From: Candidatus Omnitrophota bacterium | Lineage (GTDB): Bacteria > Omnitrophota > Gorgyraeia > Zapsychrales > JANLHA01 | Assembly (NCBI GenBank): GCA_020632555.1 | Contig: JACKFI010000005.1 | Span: 19,793 to 83,792, forward strand | Length of the DNA stretch: 64,000 bases | Reading direction: 5' to 3' | Part shown: positions 27,213 through 34,332 of the stretch, piece by piece | Numbering within the stretch: position 1 is the stretch's first letter | How the letters are laid out: each line of letters starts with the position of its first letter | Notes under the pieces: generated by a model | Databases searched by the model: none | Told to the model about the DNA's origin: nothing | The model's input: the letters and a program-made list of their open reading frames with translations, nothing else | Translations under genes and position numbers: made by a program

Positions 27213-27436
27213 TGGACACCTCCCGATTTTGAGCTGGTCTTTATACTAAAACCATCTCTTCATTGTGTCCACTTTTTCGGGGGAAGATCAGATCACCCGG
27301 AGAAGAATTTTCAATTAAGATTTCCGAGTAACCAATTCCGACTGCAAGAATACAAAAAAATAAAATGAGTAAACTTAAAATTCTAATCATTCAAATCTCC
27401 TTTTCATTTTCAATGGGCATAGCATAGGTATTAAAA

Positions 27437-27991
27437 TCATATGCAACTGCTAGGGAAAATTGTATTTCCTCCACTAATACCATACGGAAAAAATTGATCT
27501 GTTCCTACCATGCACTTTATAATCCTATCTTTTTCAATCAAAAATCTTTTTTCATCAAGAGGTGGATTATAAATGATATCCTTCGTATGCTTTGACCCAT
27601 CCACTTCCAATAAAACCTGACATGCCTTGAGATAGTCTTGATATGTAAAAAATTGATATGAATTAAGCAAAATTTTGTTTTCTAAAAAAGCTCTTCTATT
27701 ATTAATTTCTTTTTGAGATGGATTTTTATTATTTTTTAATTCTTCTATAACTATTTTGATTTGGTTAAATTCGAATTCAGAGAGTTTTTGTCTTTGGCAA
27801 GGAAACCAAATAAAGTTCAAATCTTGCGTTGCTGTGGCAAAGAGTCTTTCATAATCTTTGTAAAAATATCTATCAATGTAAGGAATGGAATAAAAATCAA
27901 AACCTTCATAGTCAAACCCATCTTTAGGATTATTGTATTCATCTGCACTATAATTATAAAACTTATCATCACTAAACTGTTCTTTATCCAA
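27437..27991 (-). CDS. hypothetical protein
   Basis: 184-aa ORF, acidic and aromatic-rich at the N-terminus. No motif was recognised. Confidence 0.4.
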   Translation of the reverse strand: MDKEQFSDDKFYNYSADEYNNPKDGFDYEGFDFYSIPYIDRYFYKDYERLFATATQDLNFIWFPCQRQKLSEFEFNQIKIVIEELKNNKNPSQKEINNRRAFLENKILLNSYQFFTYQDYLKACQVLLEVDGSKHTKDIIYNPPLDEKRFLIEKDRIIKCMVGTDQFFPYGISGGNTIFPSSCI

Positions 27992-28031
27992 TTACACCTC
28001 CCTCGTTTTGGGCACCGTTTGGGCACTCAAC

Positions 28032-28274
28032 TCAAATCAAATGCCTTTTTAGGAAAGCAAAGCCTGAGCCTTGTTTTAAATAACGTTCGAAGGCATGAGC
28101 TTTCTTTTGATCGTTAAAAGCCACATAGGTCTCTACCCGCCAAGGCAGATATCGTTGCGAATAAGCTACCTGCCCCGCATTGTGTCTTTTCAGCCGCTTT
28201 TCTATATCGGCCGTTATCCCAATATAAATTTTACCCGGGTTATTTTCACTAACCAGAATATAGACAAAGTGCAT
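28032..28274 (-). CDS. GIY-YIG nuclease-family protein (UPF0213-like, 80 aa)
   Basis: 'FVYILVSENNPGKIYIGITADIEKRLKRHN' is the GIY...YIG motif followed by the R..H.N helix. Confidence 0.8.
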   Translation of the reverse strand: MHFVYILVSENNPGKIYIGITADIEKRLKRHNAGQVAYSQRYLPWRVETYVAFNDQKKAHAFERYLKQGSGFAFLKRHLI

Positions 28275-28320
28275 ATTGAATATCTTGTGGGGGTAATTTT
28301 CATAGGGAGAACAATCTGTC

Positions 28321-28569
28321 CTGCTGCGCTCAAATGTTTATATGCTTGAGCTTCGCAGAGACACTCTTCTTCGATAATAGATCATCAGCTCGCTTCTTCG
28401 AAGCTCGAACACGAAAGTATTCGAGCGAAGAAAAAAGGAAGAAAACGACCCATCCTGCTTCGCTCAAGAATTCTGATGCTTGAGCTTCGCAGAGACACTC
28501 TTCTTCGATAATAGATCAACAGCTCGCTTCTTCGAAGCTCGAACACGAAAGTATTTGAGCGAAGAAGAG
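28321..28569. repeat. 134-bp tandem direct repeat (about 1.9 copies) abutting the tmRNA 3' end
   Basis: 28342-28431 is repeated at 28476-28565 with a few substitutions. Each unit contains a 14-bp interrupted hairpin (CTTCTTCGCTCGAA...TTCGAGCTTCGAAGAAG on the minus strand). Confidence 0.85.
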
Positions 28570-28961
28570 TGGAGGTGGGGGGAATCGAACCCCCGTCCTT
28601 AAATCACATCATATAAGCTTCTACATGCATAGTTTGTCTTTGAGTCTCATTCTATCGCAGCCGACAAACAGGCCTAAATAGAACCAGTCTTGAAAAGGTT
28701 CGCTATCGACGTCAAGACGCCATCAACAGCTAGCCCGCTAATGACCTCTATACCGACCCGCGGACGCTACCGGTAAAAGGGCTTAGTGGATTTTATCCGA
28801 CTAAGACTGGCTGCTCTGCACCGTTAGCAATAGCTTCGGCTTGAGCGATCAACGCGTCATTGTTTTCTGCGTTTATTTTTGTGCTAGATTTTTTACGAGG
28901 CCAACTAGCGTCCTCGGCATGCCACCTATACTAGTCATCCAAGTCGAGACCAGTCACCCCC
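28570..28961 (-). ncRNA. ssrA: tmRNA (transfer-messenger RNA)
   Basis: The minus-strand 5' end GGGGGTGACTGGTCTCGACTTGG...GCATGCCGAGG...GGCCTCGTAAAAAA resembles the E. coli tmRNA 5' region. The 3' end GGACGGGGGTTCGATTCCCCCCACCTCCA forms the T-arm and a 7-bp acceptor stem with G3:U70. smpB lies 1.3 kb upstream on the same strand. Confidence 0.85.
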
Positions 28962-29005
28962 TAAGAAAGATCAACTGTGTTGCGCAAAGCGGTTTTCAGT
29001 ATAGC

Positions 29006-29803
29006 CTAAATCGTTTTTTTCTGCAAATATTGCCCCGCAATCAACATGCCCAACAAACACAATAAAACCGAAAAAATCCGCCACGTCGAGAATAGTGATA
29101 TTCCCACACTGGTCATCACCATCACCGCCATAACAAACCGATACGGCAAAAGCGGTGCAATCCCTAATAAAAGCTCCACCCCGATAATGATTTTTGCCAA
29201 ATACGCTAAAATAATACCCTGGACGTTTCCAAACACATGACCTAAGATTTCCCCCAAAGGCGATGAACCACCCTGCTCAATAAAAATTTGTCGAAAGATT
29301 TCCCCACTCCAATATTCCGGCGTCAACTTTCCAACGACGCCTCCCATAAACATGATCGCCACCACACATTGCGCCAAAACTCTCGCCTGCAACTTAAAAG
29401 AATCATCGGTCTCAAACACATGCCGAACAAGCCAGCATAACCACAGCGCGCTCCAAAACGATGTCACAAAAGTCGCATCATTACACGTATTAATATGCAG
29501 GTTCAGCATCGCCGCGCAGACCACCATCAAAACCGCACTAGCCAAAAACCATCGCTGCCACTTTAAAACAACAACCGGAACTATCAACAGAGGTAATAAA
29601 TAAAAAGCTATGGCAACAAACGGATTCATAAATAACGACGGAAAGAAAGCATCAACAACCGGATAAACAACGGTCGTACACAAAAGATACGGCACAAAAA
29701 AACTGGCTTTCAAAAACCAACCCGCCAGCCAAAACAACATCATCACCCGTACAGCTAAAACATTGACTTTAGGATATTCTAAATAGCTTTTAGGGAGTGC
29801 CAT
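29006..29803 (-). CDS. hypothetical polytopic membrane protein
   Basis: 265-aa ORF with about 8 hydrophobic helices. No confident family assignment. Confidence 0.4.
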   Translation of the reverse strand: MALPKSYLEYPKVNVLAVRVMMLFWLAGWFLKASFFVPYLLCTTVVYPVVDAFFPSLFMNPFVAIAFYLLPLLIVPVVVLKWQRWFLASAVLMVVCAAMLNLHINTCNDATFVTSFWSALWLCWLVRHVFETDDSFKLQARVLAQCVVAIMFMGGVVGKLTPEYWSGEIFRQIFIEQGGSSPLGEILGHVFGNVQGIILAYLAKIIIGVELLLGIAPLLPYRFVMAVMVMTSVGISLFSTWRIFSVLLCLLGMLIAGQYLQKKTI

Positions 29804-30281
29804 TCTTCAACCTCAGCTCTGAGCCATTGGATTCCATTTGATAAACCGTGGTCAAAACCACGCCGCGATAATGCGAGCGTAAATACACATAATAATTCTG
29901 CCGACTTTCAACGAAAAATTCTCTAACCTGGGGACTAAACGTAATCATACGCAAAGGAAAATGATTAACTCGACGATAAAGCTGCACCTGGGATTGGTCA
30001 AAAAAAGCTAACTCTAAGGGCTGGGAAACTGGGGTTTGCGTGACAACAATTTCATTACTAAAACTATACATCGATGGAATAAACTGTAGCAGGCCCCATG
30101 CGGCGAAAGATTTTGCCCGCCAATGGAATTTAGCCATGATTAAACGCTGAACATACGGAGAAAACAACAATGCGGACAAAAATATAAAAACCAAGGTGAT
30201 AATGAGAAAAAAGACTTTTGTGTCCCAAGTCTTAGCCTGTCGCAAAGCTTGCAACAATGGCGACTGATATCCCGCTTTCAT
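29790..30281 (-). CDS. hypothetical membrane-anchored protein
   Basis: 163-aa ORF with one N-terminal TM helix. It overlaps the downstream membrane protein gene by 14 nt. Confidence 0.35.
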   Translation of the reverse strand: MKAGYQSPLLQALRQAKTWDTKVFFLIITLVFIFLSALLFSPYVQRLIMAKFHWRAKSFAAWGLLQFIPSMYSFSNEIVVTQTPVSQPLELAFFDQSQVQLYRRVNHFPLRMITFSPQVREFFVESRQNYYVYLRSHYRGVVLTTVYQMESNGSELRLKNGTP

Positions 30282-30307
30282 AAACTCACCCTTTGGCTAA
30301 GAACATT

Positions 30308-30766
30308 TTACCGTCGGCGCGAATTCATCGCACGCTTCAAATCACGATCAATATCGCGCTTCTTTATATCTTCCCTTTTGTCATAAACCTTCTTACCTTT
30401 ACCCAAAGCGATTTCGACTTTCACAAAACCTTTTCGATTAAAATAAATTTTGGTTGGAACAAGAATCAATGCTTTTTCATTAATTAAGGACGCAACTTTT
30501 ATAATTTCTTTTTTATGCAAAAGCAATTTACGTATCCGCGTCGGCTCTTGATTCAAATAACTGGCCTGCATATACGGGTTGATGTGCAAATTGTACAAAT
30601 AGATTTCCTCTTCGTCCACGCGCGCGAAACTGTCGGCAAAGTTGACTTCGCCATTGCGAATGGATTTGACTTCTCCGCCGGTTAACTCGATGCCGCACTC
30701 CCAGTTTTGGGCTAAATGATAGTTGTGATACGCTTTTTTATTGGTTGCGATAACTTTGAACGCCAT
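30308..30766 (-). CDS. smpB: SsrA-binding protein SmpB
   Basis: 'IATNKKAYHNYHL...ECGIELTGGEVKSIR...ANFADSFA...YLYNLHINPY' is the canonical SmpB sequence. Confidence 0.9.
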   Translation of the reverse strand: MAFKVIATNKKAYHNYHLAQNWECGIELTGGEVKSIRNGEVNFADSFARVDEEEIYLYNLHINPYMQASYLNQEPTRIRKLLLHKKEIIKVASLINEKALILVPTKIYFNRKGFVKVEIALGKGKKVYDKREDIKKRDIDRDLKRAMNSRRR

Positions 30767-30767
30767 T

Positions 30768-31739
30768 TTAAAATTGTCCTGTCATTTTCATATAAATCGT
30801 CAAAAAAATGGGAATGGTCACAATGCTAGCCAAATGCGTAATAAACACCCCTTCGCTAACAAAATCCTCTTCAATATTGTAATACCGTTTAATCAAAGAC
30901 AAGGTCACTGCGCTGGGAACCGCCGCCTCGAGAATAATCAAAAATCCAATGAGCCCAGAAACCTTAAACGCCACAATAGCTCCCAAAGCCAATAATGGAA
31001 AAATGATCATCTTGGTTACAATAACCATCGCCATTGGCCCGATGGCAATATGCCGCAAACGAAGACTGGCCAATCCACCGCCAACGGTAAACATCGCAAA
31101 GGTCAACGCACAATTACCCAACATTTCGACTGGTTTGATCACCACTTGCGGCAAATAATGCTGTGCGCCAAATCCAATCAAGGTCATCGTCAAAACTGTT
31201 GTCACCAAAGGCGGATTAAAAATCTTTTTCCAATCCATCTTGATTTTCTGTCCTTGCAGCAATAACCCTACCCCCAGAGACCAAATCAATAAATTCGCGC
31301 CAATGATATAGAGAACAATGTAAATATAAAGTGTATGCGCCGGTTGTCCAGTAAAAAGGGCGGCGACTACCACCAGCGGAATATTGCCACAATTTTGAAA
31401 ACCAACCAAGGCCAAAAATTCATTCTTGCGATGGCCTTTAAAACCAAAACCAATCACATACGCCAAAGCCAGAGCAGCTAAAGCCATACCGGCATACAAA
31501 AGCGGCAATTTCCACCAGTAGGGAAACTCCTGAAAACTAAAATGCTGCATCAATTGCGTAAACGCAAAGCATGGCAATAAAATATTGACCAAAACCGCGG
31601 TCAACTGATCTAAGCCGCGATTGTCTAACATTTTGCCTTTGACCGCGAAATACCCGCAAGCCCCTAAGAGCAGAACCTGCATCGTCGCAGAAAACGTAAT
31701 TTGCAAGGTTTCGAAAAACATTGTGCAGGCATTATACAT
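30768..31739 (-). CDS. AEC-family (auxin efflux carrier-like) transporter
   Basis: About 10 TM helices. The N-terminus, 'LLLGACGYFAVKGKMLDNRGLDQLTAVLVNILLPCFAF', is typical of the Mem_trans/AEC family. Confidence 0.75.
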   Translation of the reverse strand: MYNACTMFFETLQITFSATMQVLLLGACGYFAVKGKMLDNRGLDQLTAVLVNILLPCFAFTQLMQHFSFQEFPYWWKLPLLYAGMALAALALAYVIGFGFKGHRKNEFLALVGFQNCGNIPLVVVAALFTGQPAHTLYIYIVLYIIGANLLIWSLGVGLLLQGQKIKMDWKKIFNPPLVTTVLTMTLIGFGAQHYLPQVVIKPVEMLGNCALTFAMFTVGGGLASLRLRHIAIGPMAMVIVTKMIIFPLLALGAIVAFKVSGLIGFLIILEAAVPSAVTLSLIKRYYNIEEDFVSEGVFITHLASIVTIPIFLTIYMKMTGQF

Positions 31740-31754
31740 GAAGACAATTAAAAA

Positions 31755-31783
31755 TTGACAGTAAAAATCAATACGATTATACT
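31755..31783 (+). promoter_or_regulatory. near-consensus sigma70-type promoter (TTGACA-17 nt-TATACT) facing the repeat region and tRNA-Leu
   Basis: TTGACA at 31755-31760, an exact 17-nt spacer and TATACT at 31778-31783. It is divergent from the AEC transporter gene. Confidence 0.5.
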
Positions 31784-31826
31784 CTCTCTGTTGTCATGAC
31801 GAATAAATGGAGCGAAATAATCCTTA

Positions 31827-31900
31827 GAGGGGTTAGGGGTTGGAGGTTAGGGGTTAAGGGTTAGGGGTTAAGGGTTAGGGATTAGTGGTTAGGGGTTGGT
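31827..31900 (+). repeat. G-rich telomere-like heptamer array (GGGGTTA / GGGTTAA variants, about 10 units)
   Basis: GAGGGGTTAGGGGTTGGAGGTTAGGGGTTAAGGGTTAGGGGTTAAGGGTTAGGGATTAGTGGTTAGGGGTTGG. A related block lies at 62648-62672. Confidence 0.9.
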
Positions 31901-31904
31901 GAAT

Positions 31905-32153
31905 GTCATTGCGAGGAGCGTCAGCGACGAAGCAATCCTTAAAGTATGCAACAAAGTGGCTAGAGATTAGTTGTTAGTTGTGTCTTTGCGAACGAAGTGA
32001 GTCCTTGCTGGACGAGGAGCTGTTCAAATATTCAAGGCGAAGCGTCAACCTTGATGGTTGACGCGAAAGTGCAGAAATTAAAAAACTTCTGCCACAGTGA
32101 AGCAATCCATTAAGATTGCTTCGTCAGTCGCTTCGCTCCTTTCTCGCAATGAC
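31905..32153. repeat. imperfect ~35-40-bp inverted repeat pair enclosing a hairpin-rich ~170-bp segment
   Basis: GTCATTGCGAGGAGCGTCAGCGACGAAGCAATCC (31905-31938) is matched by GATTGCTTCGTCAGTCGCTTCGCTCCTTTCTCGCAATGAC (about 32114-32153). Internal hairpins are GCGTCAACC/GGTTGACGC, GCAGAA/TTCTGC and GAAGCAATC/GATTGCTTC. Confidence 0.8.
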
Positions 32154-32158
32154 ACGGT

Positions 32159-32421
32159 GTTTCGCCGAAGTGCGGCCTCCTTCAAAGTACTGAGGCGAAA
32201 CTTATACATTTTGTTCATTCAGGTTTTGCCGAAGTGCGGCCTCCTTCAAAGTACTGAGGCGAAACTTATACATTTTGTTCATTCAGGTTTTGCCGAAGTG
32301 CGGCCTCCTTCAAAGTACTGCGGCAAAACTCGTACATTTTTGTTCATCTAGGTTTTGCCGAAGTGCGGCCTCCTTCAAAGTACTGCGGCAAAACTCGTAC
32401 ATTTTTGTTCATCTAGGTTTT
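32159..32421 (+). repeat. four tandem 64-65-bp repeats, each starting with the 5' flank and first 9 nt of tRNA-Leu
   Basis: GCCGAAGTG recurs at 32164, 32228, 32292 and 32357, and then again as the tRNA 5' end at 32422. Each unit folds as GTTTYGCC(G)-A-AGTGC...GTACT-G-(C)GGCRAAAC. Confidence 0.9.
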
Positions 32422-32503
32422 GCCGAAGTGGTGAAATTGGTATACACGCTGCGTTCAGGGCGCAGTTCTGCAAGGATTGGGGGTTCGAATCCCCCCTTCG
32501 GCA
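32422..32503 (+). tRNA. tRNA-Leu (anticodon CAG)
   Basis: Manual cloverleaf. Acceptor stem GCCGAAG/CTTCGGC, 3-bp D stem, anticodon stem CTGCG/CGCAG with loop TTCAGGG, 13-nt variable arm, T arm GGGGG-TTCGAAT-CCCCC and discriminator A. CCA is not encoded. Confidence 0.85.
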
Positions 32504-32518
32504 TTAAATTTCCTTAAC

Positions 32519-32870
32519 CATTCAAACTATTCCTTTAGCAAAATTTAATGCCAGTACTGCTTTCCTTCTATTCTCTTCCAGAGAAAGCATGTACGGCACT
32601 GATAACCAATAGAACAATTCAAACAATACCCAAAACTTTAATGCCAGCACTGCTTTCCTTTTATTCCCTTCCAGGAAAAGCATGTACGGCACTGATAACC
32701 AATAGAACAATTCAAACAATACCCAAAACTTTAATGCCAGTACTGCTTTCCTTCTATTCTCTTACAGAGAAAGCACGTACGGCACTGATAACCAATAGAA
32801 CAATTCAAACAATACCCAAAACTTTAATGCCAGTACTGCTTTCTAACAAATTAAGCCTTCTCGAAAGAAA
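32519..32870 (+). repeat. 93-bp tandem repeat array (about 3.2 units) with a conserved hairpin, directly 3' of tRNA-Leu
   Basis: AATGCCAGTACTGC recurs at 32547, 32640, 32733 and 32826, an exact 93-bp period. Each unit has the stem GCCAGTACTGCTTTC / GAAAGCATGTACGGC. A related element lies at 38219-38383. Confidence 0.9.
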
Positions 32871-32936
32871 TCAAGAAGGATCCTGTTTGACAGTTTTCTA
32901 GGCTTATGCTATTTATTAACAAAAGGAGATTATTCT

Positions 32937-33149
32937 ATGACCGCAAAAAATATTGAACGCAGTGCTGTAAAACTTCCCCCCATCAAACGTCTCCGCTTGA
33001 TCGAAATCTTGATCGCCAGTCTGGATAAGCCTGATGCCGCTATCGAACGTACCTGGGCCGCAGAATCCGACAAACGCCTTACCGCCTATAAAAAAGGCTC
33101 GCTTAAAGCCGTTTCCCTTGACAGCGTAAAAAGACGCTTTATCAAATGA
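32937..33149 (+). CDS. putative addiction-module antitoxin (TIGR02574-like component)
   Basis: 'LPPIKRLRLIEILIASLDKPDAAIERTWAAESDKRLTAYKKG' matches the 'addiction module component' family that pairs with ParE/RelE toxins. Its stop overlaps the toxin ATG (ATGA). Confidence 0.7.
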   Translation: MTAKNIERSAVKLPPIKRLRLIEILIASLDKPDAAIERTWAAESDKRLTAYKKGSLKAVSLDSVKRRFIK

Positions 33150-33429
33150 AAATTGTTTTTTACCACAATCCCAGAAAGAGCTAGCCGATGCTGTCGATTT
33201 TTATGAAAAACAGCTCAATGGTCTAGGGAAGATGTTCTCCAAAGAAATTTTCCAAACCATAAACTTGATCAGTTTATATCCACAAGGGTGGCAACGCATC
33301 ACTAAACATACTCGCAAATGCTCATTTCGCAAATTCCCATATATGGTGCTTTATGGGATTATTGATGACGTTATTGTTATTTCCTCCATCGCCCATCAGC
33401 ACCGGCATCCCAATTCTTACATGAACTAA
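33146..33429 (+). pseudogene. RelE/ParE-family toxin gene with a frameshift in a T6 run
   Basis: The ATG at 33146 gives MKIVFYHNPRKS*. One extra T in the run at 33156-33161 would give MKIVFLPQSQKELADAVDFYEKQLNGLGKMFSKEIFQTINLISLYPQGWQRI..., which is continuous with ORF 33232..33429. Confidence 0.65.
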
Positions 33430-33453
33430 ATCGATTAGAGCCAACAAATATTT

Positions 33454-34131
33454 CTAGAAATTCATAAAGAAAATCAAAAAAATACCTCCGGCCACGGCAA
33501 CCAACGACATACAAATTTCATAATGTCGCGAATGTATTTCACTACGGCTTTCTGGTCTGTAAAAATAAATAAATATTCCAAAAGCAATGAGAGCCATCCC
33601 GAATAAATTATGATTTAGCCATTTAAAATACGTGCAAGAGGCTATGAAAAAAATCGCTGCACTATAAGTCAGTGATAAAATTGTCCCACAGCTCGGGGGA
33701 GGATTAACCCCATCATTAACTAAATTCGATGAGACTCGTTCCTTAATCAACTGAGATATCTCGTCCATCTTTTCCATACCAAAAATATTAATAGTTTGAG
33801 CATCATCCTCTATTGTTATAAAAACATTTTTAGTGCGACGGATTGACACCGCTTTTACATCTTTAAATTTTATCTCCTTGGTAATCGACCCGACTGCCTC
33901 TTTGGATTGATAATGAATTTTTTCTTCCGTGATTGTGATTTTTCGACTAGCAAGACTCCGCTTTTGTAATATGAAAATAACGAAAATAAAAGCCAGCACT
34001 ACAACTAATTCGACAGCATTCTTATAATGCCGCCCCAAAAGAATCACCGCAGCCGCAATAATCCCTAAATAATACGGATAAGGGATATCTTCCTTCCCAA
34101 CACGAAAAATCTTTTCTGTAATTTTGCCCAT
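33454..34131 (-). CDS. membrane protein with a central bacterial PH-like domain
   Basis: Two N-terminal and about three C-terminal TM helices flank 'ITITEEKIHYQSKEAVGSITKEIKFKDVKAVSIRRTKNVFITIEDD', a bPH/DUF304-like pattern. Confidence 0.4.
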   Translation of the reverse strand: MGKITEKIFRVGKEDIPYPYYLGIIAAAVILLGRHYKNAVELVVVLAFIFVIFILQKRSLASRKITITEEKIHYQSKEAVGSITKEIKFKDVKAVSIRRTKNVFITIEDDAQTINIFGMEKMDEISQLIKERVSSNLVNDGVNPPPSCGTILSLTYSAAIFFIASCTYFKWLNHNLFGMALIAFGIFIYFYRPESRSEIHSRHYEICMSLVAVAGGIFLIFFMNF

Positions 34132-34304
34132 TATCCCTCCTGCTCTTTATTATCCTTCGATGCGCGGCCGTCCTTTTTAAGGGCTTCCGCTAAAATATAC
34201 TCAATCTGAGCATTGACGCTTCTAAAATTATCGGCTGCCCACTTTTCCAAAACCTCGAAGACAGGCTTATCAACCCTTAAAAGAAATTTCTTTTTTTCAC
34301 TCAT
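34131..34304 (-). CDS. unannotated 57-aa Arc/MetJ-type ribbon-helix-helix protein
   Basis: Own translation: MSEKKKFLLRVDKPVFEVLEKWAADNFRSVNAQIEYILAEALKKDGRASKDNKEQEG. It has the RHH pattern (beta strand FLLRV, then RSxNAxIEyiL). The RBS GAGG is 7 nt upstream. Its stop overlaps the next start (TAATG). Confidence 0.55.
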   Translation of the reverse strand: MSEKKKFLLRVDKPVFEVLEKWAADNFRSVNAQIEYILAEALKKDGRASKDNKEQEG

Positions 34305-34332
34305 AAAAGAGCCTCAAATAATTCTCAAAAAA

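Larger units (their letters stand above)
26023..27295 (-). mobile_element. IS3-family insertion sequence (orfA/orfB with a -1 frameshift)
   Basis: The ~30-bp inverted repeats start TG and end CA. The left end is TGATTGACCTTCCCCAATCTAGTGGAC. The right-end complement is TGATCTGATCTTCCCCCGAAAAAGTGGAC. No flanking target duplication was seen. Confidence 0.8.
25479..27390 (-). pseudogene. secreted hypothetical protein gene interrupted by the IS3 element
   Basis: Upstream of the IS, RBS AAGGAG plus the ATG at 27390 gives MIRILSLLILFFCILAVGIGYSEILIENSSPG. Reading across the IS (27296 joined to 26022) continues in frame as YEASFGLDEDKVLEQ..., which is the body of ORF 25479..26039. The first 6 codons of the track ORF are IS-derived. 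Confidence 0.5.

Noticed and set aside
28570-28961. tRNA-Ala-like acceptor/T-arm (G3:U70, TTCGATT loop) as a tRNA gene
   Set aside because: The two halves are about 330 nt apart. The 5' region has the tmRNA pseudoknot and tag context. I called it ssrA instead.
31827-31900. Telomere-like TTAGGGG repeats as a sign of a eukaryotic contaminant or a linear replicon end
   Set aside because: The array is short and internal, and it is flanked on both sides by ordinary bacterial genes. It recurs between ispD and ispF. It is a dispersed bacterial repeat.
32159-32870. Possible CRISPR array (regularly spaced repeats next to mobile genes)
   Set aside because: The whole 64-bp and 93-bp units repeat, so there are no unique spacers between short repeats. 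No cas genes are in the window.
32097-32901. Three plus-strand ORFs in the track (32097..32351, 32275..32517, 32548..32901) with internally repeated peptides (FAEVRPPSKY..., ALITNRTIQTIPKTLMP...)
   Set aside because: They are translations of the 64-bp and 93-bp tandem DNA repeats. One runs straight through tRNA-Leu. None has an RBS, and the periodic peptide simply mirrors the DNA period.
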